From an uncultured Candidatus Nemicrothrix sp. (GTDB lineage: Bacteria > Actinomycetota > Acidimicrobiia > Acidimicrobiales > Aldehydirespiratoraceae): a stretch of 64,000 bases of DNA. The position numbers were made by a program, and so were the translations under genes. This document shows positions 1 through 9,248 of this stretch, one piece after another. The notes under the pieces are model-generated. The model was given only the letters and a program-made list of their open reading frames with translations. It made no database searches and had not been told where the DNA came from. The first letter of the stretch is position 1, and the number at the start of each line of letters is the position of its first letter. Where the stretch lies: assembly GCA_964504305.1 (NCBI GenBank), contig CAZDEB010000011.1:1753-65752 (forward strand), read 5' to 3'.

Positions 1-42
1 CGAGCAAACGAGCGAGGACGAGATTAGGGGCTTCCGTGTTAC

Positions 43-1068
43 TCATGTTGGTGCTATCCTGCCCGGTAGGACGTTAGTCCACCTTCTACACGGGGAGAGC
101 CGTTCCTTCGGGAGCCGCTCTCCCCAGTCACTTTTCCGCCCGAACACCGCTGCCCCGAACGTAGCAGCGGCTTCCGCTTGCATGCCGGGCATGACGTGCT
201 GATAGACGGTCATGGTGAAGGCGATGCTGCTGTGGCCGAGGCGTTCACTGATGACCTTGGGGTGGATGTTCTCCTGGAGCAGGATCGTGGCGTGGGTGTG
301 GCGCAGGTCGTGGAGTCTGATGCGGGGTAGGTCGATCTGGGTCATGAAGCGTTGGAAGGTTTGGATGATGAGGTCGGGGTGGATGGGGGAGCCGTCGGGT
401 TTGGCGAACACGTAGCCGTCGTCGTCTCGCCGGCCGGTGGCCATGCGTTCCTTGAGTTGGTGGCGGCGGTGGCGGCGCAGCATGACGACGGTCCGCGGGC
501 CGAGGTCGATGGTCCGTCGGCTGGATGCGGTCTTGAGGTCGTCTTCGACGAGTTTGTATTCGACCGACACGATCTGTTGGTTGACGGTGAGCCGTGCGGT
601 GTCGAGGTCGACGTTGCGCCACCGGAGTCCGGCGAGTTCGCCGCGGCGCATGCCGGTTGTGGCGCCGAGGAAGTAGAGCGGGTAGAGCTCGTGGTCGGCG
701 ATGGCTGCGAGGAACGTGCGGAGTTGGTCACCGGTCCACACGTTCATGGACCGCCCGGCGCGGCTGATCAATGGCGGGTCGGCGATGTTGGCTACGTTGC
801 GGAAGACGGTGCCTTTGCGGGCGGCGTCGCTGAGGAGATTCACGTGGAGATCGTCGAGGTCTTCCGGCTGGAGTTTCTGGAGTGGGATCACCCCGATGTT
901 GGGGTTGATGTGGAGCCGGATGATGTGTTGGTAGCAGCTCGCGGTGGGCGTCTTGACCCGGGTCCGTATTGAGGTGAGCCACGGCTCGAGCAAGTAGCTG
1001 TTCAGGGCGACCCAGCCAGGGGCCCGGTAGTTGCCGTCGTGCATGTGCTCCACCATCTCGGCCAACAT
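43..1068 (-). CDS. tyrosine-type site-specific recombinase/integrase (phage integrase family)
   Basis: 341-aa ORF. Catalytic-domain signatures are TGMRRGELAGLRW (box I Arg), HDLRHTHATILL (HxxR) and GHSSIAFTMTVYQHV (catalytic Tyr). The frame upstream of the ATG at 1068 has no alternative start before a stop at 1144-1146. Confidence 0.9.
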   Translation of the reverse strand: MLAEMVEHMHDGNYRAPGWVALNSYLLEPWLTSIRTRVKTPTASCYQHIIRLHINPNIGVIPLQKLQPEDLDDLHVNLLSDAARKGTVFRNVANIADPPLISRAGRSMNVWTGDQLRTFLAAIADHELYPLYFLGATTGMRRGELAGLRWRNVDLDTARLTVNQQIVSVEYKLVEDDLKTASSRRTIDLGPRTVVMLRRHRRHQLKERMATGRRDDDGYVFAKPDGSPIHPDLIIQTFQRFMTQIDLPRIRLHDLRHTHATILLQENIHPKVISERLGHSSIAFTMTVYQHVMPGMQAEAAATFGAAVFGRKSDWGERLPKERLSPCRRWTNVLPGRIAPT

Positions 1069-1371
1069 CTTCTCGGCCCGATTGCGAACGGCGCCGGCGG
1101 CGGCTGGCGATGTTGATGTGGCGAAGGTGTTGTGACGTGCGGGTCATGCTGGCTCATGTCGTCTCGCCCGCACCGCCGCCTGTCTGCCGTCTCTTCGGCG
1201 TGGCGGCACGCGGCGCGGAGCAGTCGTCGTTGAACATCTTCTCCGACAGGATCCCGCGGATGCCGGGATGGGATTGCAAGTGCTTGGTGATCGCGGGGCA
1301 AGTGCTTGACTGCTCGTCCTCCTGGACCGATACTATTCACATATCCCCCCAGTCGCTTCGACGGCTGGGTC

Positions 1372-1397
1372 AAGGCCCACCCGTGAGGGTGGGCCTT
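1372..1397. terminator. GC-rich hairpin, probable terminator of the NYN gene (possibly bidirectional)
   Basis: aaggcccaccc-gtga-gggtgggcctt: 11-bp perfect stem with a GNRA-type tetraloop, 18 nt downstream of the minus-strand stop at 1415. On the plus strand it is followed by tttgtgtt. Confidence 0.45.
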
Positions 1398-1414
1398 TGT
1401 GTTGGCGCGTGACG

Positions 1415-2125
1415 TCACCAAGTCTGTGGTTTATGAATCTGCCTGCCCTTGGAGGTGATGACTGGGTTTGGTAGTTGACAGCTGCCGAGGATTTGGTGGC
1501 GGAGTTGGAGCTTGAAGTTGGCAACTTTCGCAAGATGCCTGCTGGTCTCATTGATGCGGTGAGGGTTGACAACACCGACGGTTACTCCCTCGGCTACTGC
1601 AATGCCAATCGCTCCGGCAAGGTCGGAGTCATTCGAAATGACCAGCGCCTTGGTGCAGTTGCCTTTGAAGGTGTCTCGAAGCAAGTGCGATGCGAGATTC
1701 ACATCCGACCCCTTCTCCTCGGTTTTCATCACCCGAATCGACGGCGGGCGATCAAGTTTCCGTTCAGCCATGCGCTGAACGAGGTCCACGATCCGGCTGG
1801 GTCGGACTCGAGGGCGCGTCAGCTCTGACCATTCTCCGGGAGCGATGGGCAGCCATTTCGGATCGCGCCGGAAGTGGCCCCGATGAATCTCGATCAGGGG
1901 GTTTTCCGCTACTGCTCGTAGGAATGCGTGTTGTCGTTGGACGCCGCTGTCATCGGTTCCGTTTGGCTTGATCGGAGCTGTGAAATAGCGGATCTTCGCA
2001 ATTGAGTCGCGCGGGAGCAGTCGCCTACAAAGTGCTTCGTAGTCAAGCCACTTGTGTGGCGTGCCTTTGACGGCGCCGTAGTAGAAGTTGAAGCCATCGA
2101 TGTAGATGATCGTCGCCATGTTCAT
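1415..2125 (-). CDS. NYN (LabA/PIN-like) domain protein, putative ribonuclease
   Basis: MNMATIIYIDGFNFYY... N-terminus, with EEKGSDVNLA and ISNDSDLAGAI acidic motifs typical of NYN domains. Start moved to the ATG at 2125, because the longer ORF to 2347 would overlap hsdM. Confidence 0.75.
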   Translation of the reverse strand: MNMATIIYIDGFNFYYGAVKGTPHKWLDYEALCRRLLPRDSIAKIRYFTAPIKPNGTDDSGVQRQHAFLRAVAENPLIEIHRGHFRRDPKWLPIAPGEWSELTRPRVRPSRIVDLVQRMAERKLDRPPSIRVMKTEEKGSDVNLASHLLRDTFKGNCTKALVISNDSDLAGAIGIAVAEGVTVGVVNPHRINETSRHLAKVANFKLQLRHQILGSCQLPNPVITSKGRQIHKPQTW

Positions 2126-2149
2126 GTCGATGATAGGGCCGTGTGGCGG

Positions 2150-2165
2150 GAGGCGGAGCCGCCTC
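2150..2165. promoter_or_regulatory. 16-bp near-perfect palindrome in the divergent NYN/hsdM intergenic region (possible operator)
   Basis: gaggcgg-ag-ccgcctc lies between the divergent starts at 2125 and 2232. No function can be assigned from sequence. Confidence 0.2.
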
Positions 2166-2231
2166 TTCCTCTGGATCAGGCGCAGCTCCGTGTAATGGAG
2201 CACAATGTCACGACGCTTGGCTACCAAGCGG

Positions 2232-3794
2232 ATGACGAAAGAGGCGATATTGATTACCGGTGACCTGAAGTCGAAGATCGACGCGGTGTGGAACGACTTC
2301 TGGGCGGGTGGCATCTCGAACCCGTTGGAGGTGATGGAGCAACTCACCTACCTGCTGTTCATCAAGGGTCTCGATGAGCAGCAGACCCTGGCCGAGAACA
2401 AAGCCAACCGCACCGGCGAGCCGATCGAGAATCCGATCTTCCCCGAGGGAGTGTTCACTCCCGACGATGCCGCTGTGGGTCGGCCGTATGAGGATCTGCG
2501 CTGGGACCGGTTCAAGAACACCAGCGCCCAGGAAATGTTCACTGTGGTCGACAAGTACGTTTTCCCTTTCCTTGAGCACCGTGCGGCGAACAGCACTCAC
2601 GCCGAGCACATGCGCGATGCCCGGCTCACGATTCCGACTCCGGCGTTGTTGCAGAAGGCGGTCGATGGGCTCGACGCGGTTCCGATGGGGGACCGCGACA
2701 CCAAGGGCGACGTGTAGGAGTACATGCTCTCGAAGATCGCCACTGCCGGGCAGAACGGCCAGTTCCGCACACCCCGCCACATCATCGAGCTGATGGTCGA
2801 GATGATGGCTCCCACCCCGTCGGACATCATCTGTGATCCGGCCAGCGGCACGTGCGGGTTCCTGGTGGCCGCCGGCGAGTACATCCGCGACAACCATCCG
2901 AGCGCTCTTACTGACCCCGCCAAGTCGAAGCATTTCCACACAGCGATGTTCAGCGGCTACGACTTCGACAACACCATGTTGCGCATCGGTTCCATGAACA
3001 TGCAGCTCCACGGAGTGGCGAACCCGGCTATTACCTACCGCGATTCGCTCGCCCAGGACCACGCCGACGACATCGAGTCCTACAGCCTCGTTCTTGCCAA
3101 CCCGCCCTTTGCCGGGTCGCTCGATTACGAAAGCACGGCCAAGGACCTGCTCTCGGTCGTGAAGACCAAGAAGACCGAATTGTTGTTCCTCGCGCTGTTC
3201 TTGCGGCTGCTCAAGCCGGGTGGGCGTGCCGCGGTGATCGTGCCCGACGGCGTACTGTTCGGCTCCACCAAGGCCCACAAGGAACTTCGCCGCATTCTGG
3301 TGGAGGACCAGAAGCTCGACGGCATCGTGTCGCTTCCGTCGGGGGTGTTCAAGCCCTACGCCGGCGTGTCGACAGCCATCTTGTTGTTCACCAAGACCAA
3401 TTCCGGTGGCACCGACCACGTCTGGTTCTACGACCTGCAGGCCGACGGCCGCAGCCTCGACGACAAACGCACCTCGCTCCTCGACGATGACAAGCTCGGC
3501 GCGAAAGCGACGCTGACCGACGAAGAACACGACGATAACAACCTCCCCGACGCGCTCGCCCGCTGGGCCGACCGAGACGGCGCGGAGCTCGAACGGGCCC
3601 GCACCGACCAGAGCTTCTGCGTCCCCAAGGCCGACATCGCCGCCAACAACTACGACCTCAGCATCAACCGCTACAAGGAAATCGTCTACGAAGAAATCGA
3701 CTACCCCGCCCCCGGCGAGATCCTCGACGAACTCGCCACGCTTGAAGAAGAGATTCAAAAGGGCATCGACGACCTCAAGGCCATGCTCGGATGA
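2232..3794 (+). pseudogene. hsdM: Type I R-M N6-adenine DNA methyltransferase subunit HsdM, interrupted by an in-frame TAG at 2715-2717
   Basis: The HsdM N-terminal domain (GDLKSKIDAVWNDFWAGGISNPLEVMEQLTYLLFIKGLDE) occupies 2232-2714. A TAG then falls inside the conserved block TKGDV[*][22 protein letters not shown]. The same frame continues with [10 protein letters not shown] (motif I) and LANPPF (motif IV). 2724-2205 = 519, so both ORF-track pieces share one frame. Confidence 0.85.
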
Positions 3795-4954
3795 AGATGG
3801 CTGCTCTTTCGCAAGTGTGTGAGATCACGATGGGACAGGCTCCGAAAGGTGACACATATAACGACATTGGCGAAGGTCTCCCGCTAATCGCTGGTGCTGG
3901 AGACTTTGGCGATCTCTACCCATCCCCGAAGAAGTTCACCACGGCGAAGGCGGTCCGAAAGAGCGAGCCAGGTGACGTCATTGTCGGGATCCGAGCGTCA
4001 ATCGGCGACAAGGTGCTCGCTGATGACGTTTATTGCCTCGGCCGGGGAGTGGCCGGTCTCCGTGCGGGACCTGGCCTTGACCAGCGGTACCTGTGGAACT
4101 GGGTGACTCATGCCGCACCGACGCTCGCAGCAAAGGGACGCGGTGCAACGTTCTTGCAGGTAAACAAGGCGGACGTCTCGGAGATGGAGATTCCGTTGCC
4201 GCCGATTGAGGAGCAGCGGCGGATTGCGGCAGTGCTCGATGCGGCCGATGCGCTCCGAGCCAAACGCCGCCAGGCCCTCGCCAAGCTCGACACCCTCACC
4301 CAAGCCATCTTCATCGACATGTTCGGCGACCCCGTGGCCGCAGCGACTCGGTTCGGCTGTCTTGAGATGGGGGAGATGGGCAGGATGACGAACGGCCACA
4401 ATTTCTCAGCCGAGGATCGTGGCGATGGAACCGCGGGCATACTCATGCTCGATGTCAAGAACATGTACACGGCGAACGCCCATCCTGACGTGGAGTCTGC
4501 ATATCGGATCTCTGCCGAAGTGCCCGACTCCAAGCAGCTCCAGCCTGGAGACCTCGTCTTTGTTAGGTCGTCGGTAAAGCGAGAAGGCGTTGCGTGGCCT
4601 GTGCACTTCACCGGGCACAGCGAACCAGTCGCACTCTGTGGTTTCTTGATCCGGTTACGTCTGCATACGGAGATGGCCCGGCTGTACACGCCGGAGTACC
4701 TTGTCCACTATCTGAGACAACCCTCAGTGCGGATGGCGGCAGTAGCGAGTGCGGGCCAAGTGGCAATCACAAATGTCAGCCAGAAGCGGCTAGGCCAGCT
4801 CCGAATTCCCAAAGCTCCAATGGCGACGCAGGTTCGATTCAGCGAGCGAATCTCAAAGATCTACTCCCTGCGGGAGTTCCCTGCCCGATCCTTGGAAGAG
4901 GCCAACAACCTGTTTGCTTCGCTTCAGCAGCGGGCGTTTCGGGGGGAGTTGTGA
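3791..4954 (+). CDS. hsdS: Type I R-M specificity subunit HsdS (two target-recognition domains)
   Basis: 387 aa. The central conserved spacer is [48 protein letters not shown] and the C-terminal conserved helix is ...[18 protein letters not shown] overlap with the hsdM stop. Confidence 0.85.
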   Translation: MKMAALSQVCEITMGQAPKGDTYNDIGEGLPLIAGAGDFGDLYPSPKKFTTAKAVRKSEPGDVIVGIRASIGDKVLADDVYCLGRGVAGLRAGPGLDQRYLWNWVTHAAPTLAAKGRGATFLQVNKADVSEMEIPLPPIEEQRRIAAVLDAADALRAKRRQALAKLDTLTQAIFIDMFGDPVAAATRFGCLEMGEMGRMTNGHNFSAEDRGDGTAGILMLDVKNMYTANAHPDVESAYRISAEVPDSKQLQPGDLVFVRSSVKREGVAWPVHFTGHSEPVALCGFLIRLRLHTEMARLYTPEYLVHYLRQPSVRMAAVASAGQVAITNVSQKRLGQLRIPKAPMATQVRFSERISKIYSLREFPARSLEEANNLFASLQQRAFRGEL

Positions 4955-7900
4955 GTTCGTCTCAGTTCTTGTTTCTCGAGGCTGAGTTTGGTGATCTGTT
5001 TGTCGTGGCGGAGTGGGCGGAGCGTCATGCGTTGTCGGATCCGGGGCCAGCGGTGATTTATGCCCGTAAGGCGCTGGAGTCCGGGGTGAAGTGGGTTTAC
5101 GCCCATGATCGTTCGTTGCCTGCGCCGTATGAGTCGAAGCTCAATGCGTATCTGAATGAGCCGGCGTTCAAAGCCCTGGCTGACGGCCGGGTCTCCAATG
5201 TGGCGAAGAAGGTTCAGTTGGCGGGCAATCGGGCGGTTCATGAGTCGAAACCGCCGACGAAGCTGGAAGCGGTCGAGGTAATCTCGGCGTTGTTCCAGGT
5301 GTGTTTCTGGCTGGCGTTCACCTATGGCCGGGCTGCCAAGCCTGATCCGGGGGTGAAGTTCGACCCGAAGCTGCTGGTGTCTGCGGGCCGGGCTGAAAAG
5401 GCGTCGTTGAAGGAGCGCCAAGAGCTGCAGGAGCAGCTTGAGCGGCAGGTTGAGGAGACTGAACTTGCCCGGCTGCGGGCGGCGGAGGCGTCGCGCACGA
5501 TCGCTGAGCTGGAAGCCGAGCACGCCGCGTTGTTGGCGGATGTGGCGGCGGCGAAGCGGGAGGCTGAGAAGATCCCGGTCGGGGTCCACGATTGGTCGGA
5601 GTGGGAGACCCGCCAGTTTAAGATCGATGCGATGCTGGCCGAAGCAGGCTGGACGCTGAGCGAGGAGCGTGACCGCGAGTTCGAGGTGCACGGGATGCCC
5701 TCGGATTCGGGTGTGGGTTACGCCGACTATGTGCTGTGGGGCGACGATGGCTTGCCGTTGGCGGTGGTTGAGGCCAAGAAGGCGATGGTGTCGCCTACGA
5801 CCGGACAGCAGCAGGCGAAGCTCTACGCGGATTGTCTAGAGAAGATGACCGGGCAGCGGCCCGTCATCTTCTACTCCAACGGCTACGAGCACTGGCTGTG
5901 GGACGACACCCGTTACCCGCCCCGGCCGGTGCAGGGGTTCTTGACCAAGGACGAGTTGGCGCTGTCGATCCAGCGGCGAACCTCCACGGTGTCGCCGGGG
6001 TCGCTCGACATCAACGACAAGGTCGTCGAGCGGTACTACCAGCATCGGGCGATCCGGGCGATCACCGAACATTTCGAGAACGACAAGCAACGCAAGGCGT
6101 TGTTGGTGATGGCTACCGGTGCTGGCAAGACCCGCACCGTCATCGCGTTGGTTGATTTGTTGATGAGGGCCAACCTGGTGAAACGGGTGTTGTTCTTGGC
6201 TGATCGCACTGCATTGGTGAAACAGGCGATCGGGGCGTTCAAGTCTCACTTGCCGGATTCGGCGCCGGTCAATCTGGTGACCGAAGGCAACGAGGACGGC
6301 CGGGTGTACGTGTCGACGTATCAGACGATGGTCGGCAAGATCGATGAGTACCGCAACGACGGCACCCGCCGTTTCGGGGTCGGGCATTTCGATCTGGTGG
6401 TGATCGACGAAGCTCACCGGTCGGTGTACCGCAAGTACCGCGGGATCTTCGAGTATTTCGATTCGTTGCTGGTCGGCTTGACCGCCACGCCGAGGGATGA
6501 AATCGGCCGTGACACCTACGGACTGTTTGATCTCGAGACCGGGGTGCCCACGGATGCCTACTCCCTTGATGAGGCGATCAAGGACGGTTTCTTGGTGCCG
6601 CCCCGTGGTGTGTCGGTGCCGCTCAAGTTCTTGCGAGAGGGGATCCGCTACGACGACCTTTCCGAGGACGAACAGGCCGACTGGGAGGGGCTTGATTGGG
6701 GAGAGGACGAGGATGGCCACGAACTCGACCCACCTGACGAGGTCGGCGCCGCTGCCCTCAACAAGTTCCTGTTCAACGAAGACACCGTGGACAAGGTCCT
6801 CGAACGGCTGATGGTTGACGGCATCAAGGTCGCCGGCGGCGACCGGCTCGGCAAGACCATCATCTTCGCCAAGAATCAGCGCCACGCCGAGTTCATCTAC
6901 CAGCGGTTCATCGCCAATTACCCGCATCTCGACAACGGCAATTTCGCCCGGGTGATCACCCACGACGTGAAATACGCGCAGAGCCTGATCGACGACTTCT
7001 CGATCAAAGACAAGGCACCCCACATAGCGATTTCAGTCGACATGCTCGACACCGGGATCGATGTGCCTGAATGCGCAAACTTGGTGTTCTTCAAGCTGGT
7101 GCGATCAAAGACCAAGTTCTGGCAGATGCTCGGCCGCGGCACCCGCCTGTGCCCCGACCTGTTCGGCCCCGGTGACGACAAGACCTGTTTCAATGTCTTC
7201 GACTTCTGCCAGAACCTCGAATACTTCAGCCAACCGCTCGTACCCGCAGACAAGGCGGGCTCAGCGCCGATCGGCGAACAGATCTTCAAAGCCCGTCTGG
7301 AGCTGATCCAGACATTCGACTCGATCCAGAACCACGGCAACGAGCGGGCCGAAATCGCCGGTTTGCTGCACGACGCGATCGCGTCGATGAACGAGAGCAA
7401 CTTTCTCGTACGTCCCCACCTGCAGTTGGTTGAGAAATTCCGCGATGCTGATGCATGGGAGTCGGTGTCGGTCGGCGATCTCGCCGCACTGGCCGACCGG
7501 GTCGCTGCGCTTCCCGCACAGCTCGAACCTGAGCCGGAAGAAACGAAGCGGTTCGACATGTTGCTGCTCAGCTCTCAGCTCGGGGTGCTGCGTGGTGAAC
7601 CATTCGAGCGTCAGCGTCGCAAGGTGATTGCCATCGCCGGCGCGTTGGATGACCAGCAGGCGATCCCGGCGATCAAACAGCAGCTCGAACTCATCATCGA
7701 CATCCAATCCGACGAATGGTGGGTGGACGTCAATTATCAGATGCTCGAAGACGTGCGAAAGAAGCTGCGTCTTCTGGTCCCGCTCATCGAACGGTCCAAG
7801 AAGAGCATCATCTACTCCGACTTCGAAGACCAGATCGGCACTGGCAAAGTGATCGATATACCCGGCACCAGCGGGGAAGCCGGCAGCACCGAGTTCGTTC

Positions 7901-8364
7901 AGTTCCGTAGGAAGGCCGAGCGCTTCCTCCAAGAGAACCTGGGTGAGGCGGCGATCGCCAAGGTCCGATCCGGTGCGCCGCTGACGCCCGACGACATCGC
8001 TGACCTTCAGCGGATCCTCGTCGCGGCGGGTATAGGCGACGAGGGTTCCTTCGCCGAAGCCAGCAAGAAGGCAGGCAACTTCGGTCTATTCATCCGATCG
8101 CTCGTTGGCCTCGATCGTGGCGCCGCCAAGGCCGCGTTCGCTGGTTTCCTCGACGAGAAACGCTACGGCCGCAACCAGATCGAGTTCGTCAACATGATCA
8201 TCGACGAACTCACCGACCGAGGCGTGGTTAAAGCCCGCCGAGTCTACGAGACGCCTTACATCGGTCTGGCCCCCGAAGGCCCCGAGAAGATCTTCGTGAA
8301 AGCGGACCTTGACCGGCTATTCGAGACGATCAAGTCGCTGTCTGCTGTTGGGTCGGAATCGTGA
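4951..8364 (+). CDS. hsdR: Type I restriction endonuclease subunit HsdR (EcoEI-like) with N-terminal DUF4145 domain and coiled coil
   Basis: GTG at 4951 overlaps the hsdS stop (GTGA). DUF4145-like N-terminus (..AGNRAVHESKPP..), nuclease core GYADYVLWGDDGLPLAVVEAKK, and SF2 motifs LVMATGAGKTRT, VVIDEAHRS and GLTATP. Long C-terminal EcoEI-R-type tail. The 4594-4950 part of the track ORF lies inside hsdS and was trimmed. Confidence 0.85.
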   Translation: MSSSQFLFLEAEFGDLFVVAEWAERHALSDPGPAVIYARKALESGVKWVYAHDRSLPAPYESKLNAYLNEPAFKALADGRVSNVAKKVQLAGNRAVHESKPPTKLEAVEVISALFQVCFWLAFTYGRAAKPDPGVKFDPKLLVSAGRAEKASLKERQELQEQLERQVEETELARLRAAEASRTIAELEAEHAALLADVAAAKREAEKIPVGVHDWSEWETRQFKIDAMLAEAGWTLSEERDREFEVHGMPSDSGVGYADYVLWGDDGLPLAVVEAKKAMVSPTTGQQQAKLYADCLEKMTGQRPVIFYSNGYEHWLWDDTRYPPRPVQGFLTKDELALSIQRRTSTVSPGSLDINDKVVERYYQHRAIRAITEHFENDKQRKALLVMATGAGKTRTVIALVDLLMRANLVKRVLFLADRTALVKQAIGAFKSHLPDSAPVNLVTEGNEDGRVYVSTYQTMVGKIDEYRNDGTRRFGVGHFDLVVIDEAHRSVYRKYRGIFEYFDSLLVGLTATPRDEIGRDTYGLFDLETGVPTDAYSLDEAIKDGFLVPPRGVSVPLKFLREGIRYDDLSEDEQADWEGLDWGEDEDGHELDPPDEVGAAALNKFLFNEDTVDKVLERLMVDGIKVAGGDRLGKTIIFAKNQRHAEFIYQRFIANYPHLDNGNFARVITHDVKYAQSLIDDFSIKDKAPHIAISVDMLDTGIDVPECANLVFFKLVRSKTKFWQMLGRGTRLCPDLFGPGDDKTCFNVFDFCQNLEYFSQPLVPADKAGSAPIGEQIFKARLELIQTFDSIQNHGNERAEIAGLLHDAIASMNESNFLVRPHLQLVEKFRDADAWESVSVGDLAALADRVAALPAQLEPEPEETKRFDMLLLSSQLGVLRGEPFERQRRKVIAIAGALDDQQAIPAIKQQLELIIDIQSDEWWVDVNYQMLEDVRKKLRLLVPLIERSKKSIIYSDFEDQIGTGKVIDIPGTSGEAGSTEFVQFRRKAERFLQENLGEAAIAKVRSGAPLTPDDIADLQRILVAAGIGDEGSFAEASKKAGNFGLFIRSLVGLDRGAAKAAFAGFLDEKRYGRNQIEFVNMIIDELTDRGVVKARRVYETPYIGLAPEGPEKIFVKADLDRLFETIKSLSAVGSES

Positions 8365-9248
8365 CTGTCTCGCAGAAGCCGCTTGGTACGTCGATCCGCA
8401 TTTTCCTTGCCGATGGTGAGGCGGACGGAGTGTGGGTGGTTGAGAAGAGCAACTGGACTGGCAAGGCGCTGATGGCCCCTCGCACGCGTTACCGCGATCT
8501 TCGCTCCCGGCCTGATCTTGACGGCCCGGGGGTGTACGTGCTCGTCGGCCCGACCGATTCTGGGTACCCGCCCCAGCGGGTCTACATCGGCGAGACGGAC
8601 GATCTCCCGGGCCGACTCGACAGCCACAACAAGAACAAGGACTTCTGGAACCGCGCCGTCGTTTTCACCAGCAAAGACGCGAACCTCAACAAGGCGCACA
8701 TCCGATACCTCGAACACAGACTCATCGGCTTGGCAACGGCAGCAAAGCGAGCCGAGATCGAGAACGGCAACCTCGGGTCGATGCCGCCGCTCTCCGAAGC
8801 CGACACTGCGGAGGCAGAGTCGTTCCTGGCCGAGATGCTGCTGATCTACCCCGTCCTCGGCATCCACCTGTTCAAGAAGCCGGACGAACAGCCATCGAGT
8901 TCTGTTCGTCTCGGCCTAGCGGGAAAAGGCGCGAATGCTGAGGGCACCGAGACCGCCGACGGTTTTGTCGTCCACGCCGGATCTCTGGCCCGTCTCGACG
9001 AAGTCCCATCGATACATGCCTACGCAATAGAGATGCGCAAAGCCATGAAGGAGAGGGGGTTGCTGGTCGAGGAGAACGGCCATCTTCGCTTCACCGATGA
9101 CCACCTGTTCGGTTCGCCGTCGACCGCGGCGACGGTGGTGCTCGGACGAAGTGCCAACGGAAGGGTTGAGTGGAAGACGGCCGCTGGTCAGACCCTCAAG
9201 CAACTCCAGACAGACCTGACCGGCGAGGTCAGCCCAGAGGATGGATGA
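8361..9248 (+). CDS. GIY-YIG nuclease-family protein with DUF4357-like C-terminal domain
   Basis: GVYVLVG...RVYIGETDDLPGRLDSH...IRYLEHRLI gives the GIY / YIG / Arg / Glu pattern. The C-terminal part (FVVHAGS...LFGSPSTAATVVLGRSANGRVEWK) resembles DUF4357. The GTG start overlaps the hsdR stop (GTGA). Confidence 0.7.
   Translation: MTVSQKPLGTSIRIFLADGEADGVWVVEKSNWTGKALMAPRTRYRDLRSRPDLDGPGVYVLVGPTDSGYPPQRVYIGETDDLPGRLDSHNKNKDFWNRAVVFTSKDANLNKAHIRYLEHRLIGLATAAKRAEIENGNLGSMPPLSEADTAEAESFLAEMLLIYPVLGIHLFKKPDEQPSSSVRLGLAGKGANAEGTETADGFVVHAGSLARLDEVPSIHAYAIEMRKAMKERGLLVEENGHLRFTDDHLFGSPSTAATVVLGRSANGRVEWKTAAGQTLKQLQTDLTGEVSPEDG

Noticed and set aside
1069-1414. Possible excisionase or small HTH gene next to the integrase.
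   Set aside because: I translated all frames by eye. The listed ORFs (1110-1412 +, 1002-1421 -) have no start/RBS support and no HTH-like sequence. The region is left unannotated.
1-1500. Direct repeat of the tRNA-Leu 3' end that would mark the far att site of the island.
   Set aside because: No match to the tRNA 3' segment was seen by eye near the integrase. This cannot be excluded without an alignment program or the sequence to the left of the window.
2208-3758. 516-aa ORF antisense to hsdM. Similar long antisense or alternative-frame ORFs occur at 5836-7023, 12834-13589, 14514-15158, 34567-35517, 41249-42268 and 45362-46342.
   Set aside because: These are typical GC-rich shadow ORFs. Their translations are Arg/Gly/Pro/Val-rich low-information strings, and each lies entirely inside a gene with clear family motifs on the other strand or frame.
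4594-4950. N-terminal 119-aa extension of hsdR given by the ORF track.
   Set aside because: It lies wholly inside hsdS in another frame and has an implausible composition. A GTG at 4951 gives the usual GTGA overlap and begins directly at the DUF4145-like domain.
9170-9244. Upstream extension of the DUF6361-like ORF. Comparable long 5' extensions occur at 27189-27518, 42498-42653, 35577-35891, 46438-46623, 51883-52089 and 60311-60460.
   Set aside because: The extensions overlap the preceding gene and are Arg/Pro-rich. Internal ATG/GTG codons giving 1-4 nt overlaps, or a good RBS, match the expected N-termini of the families.
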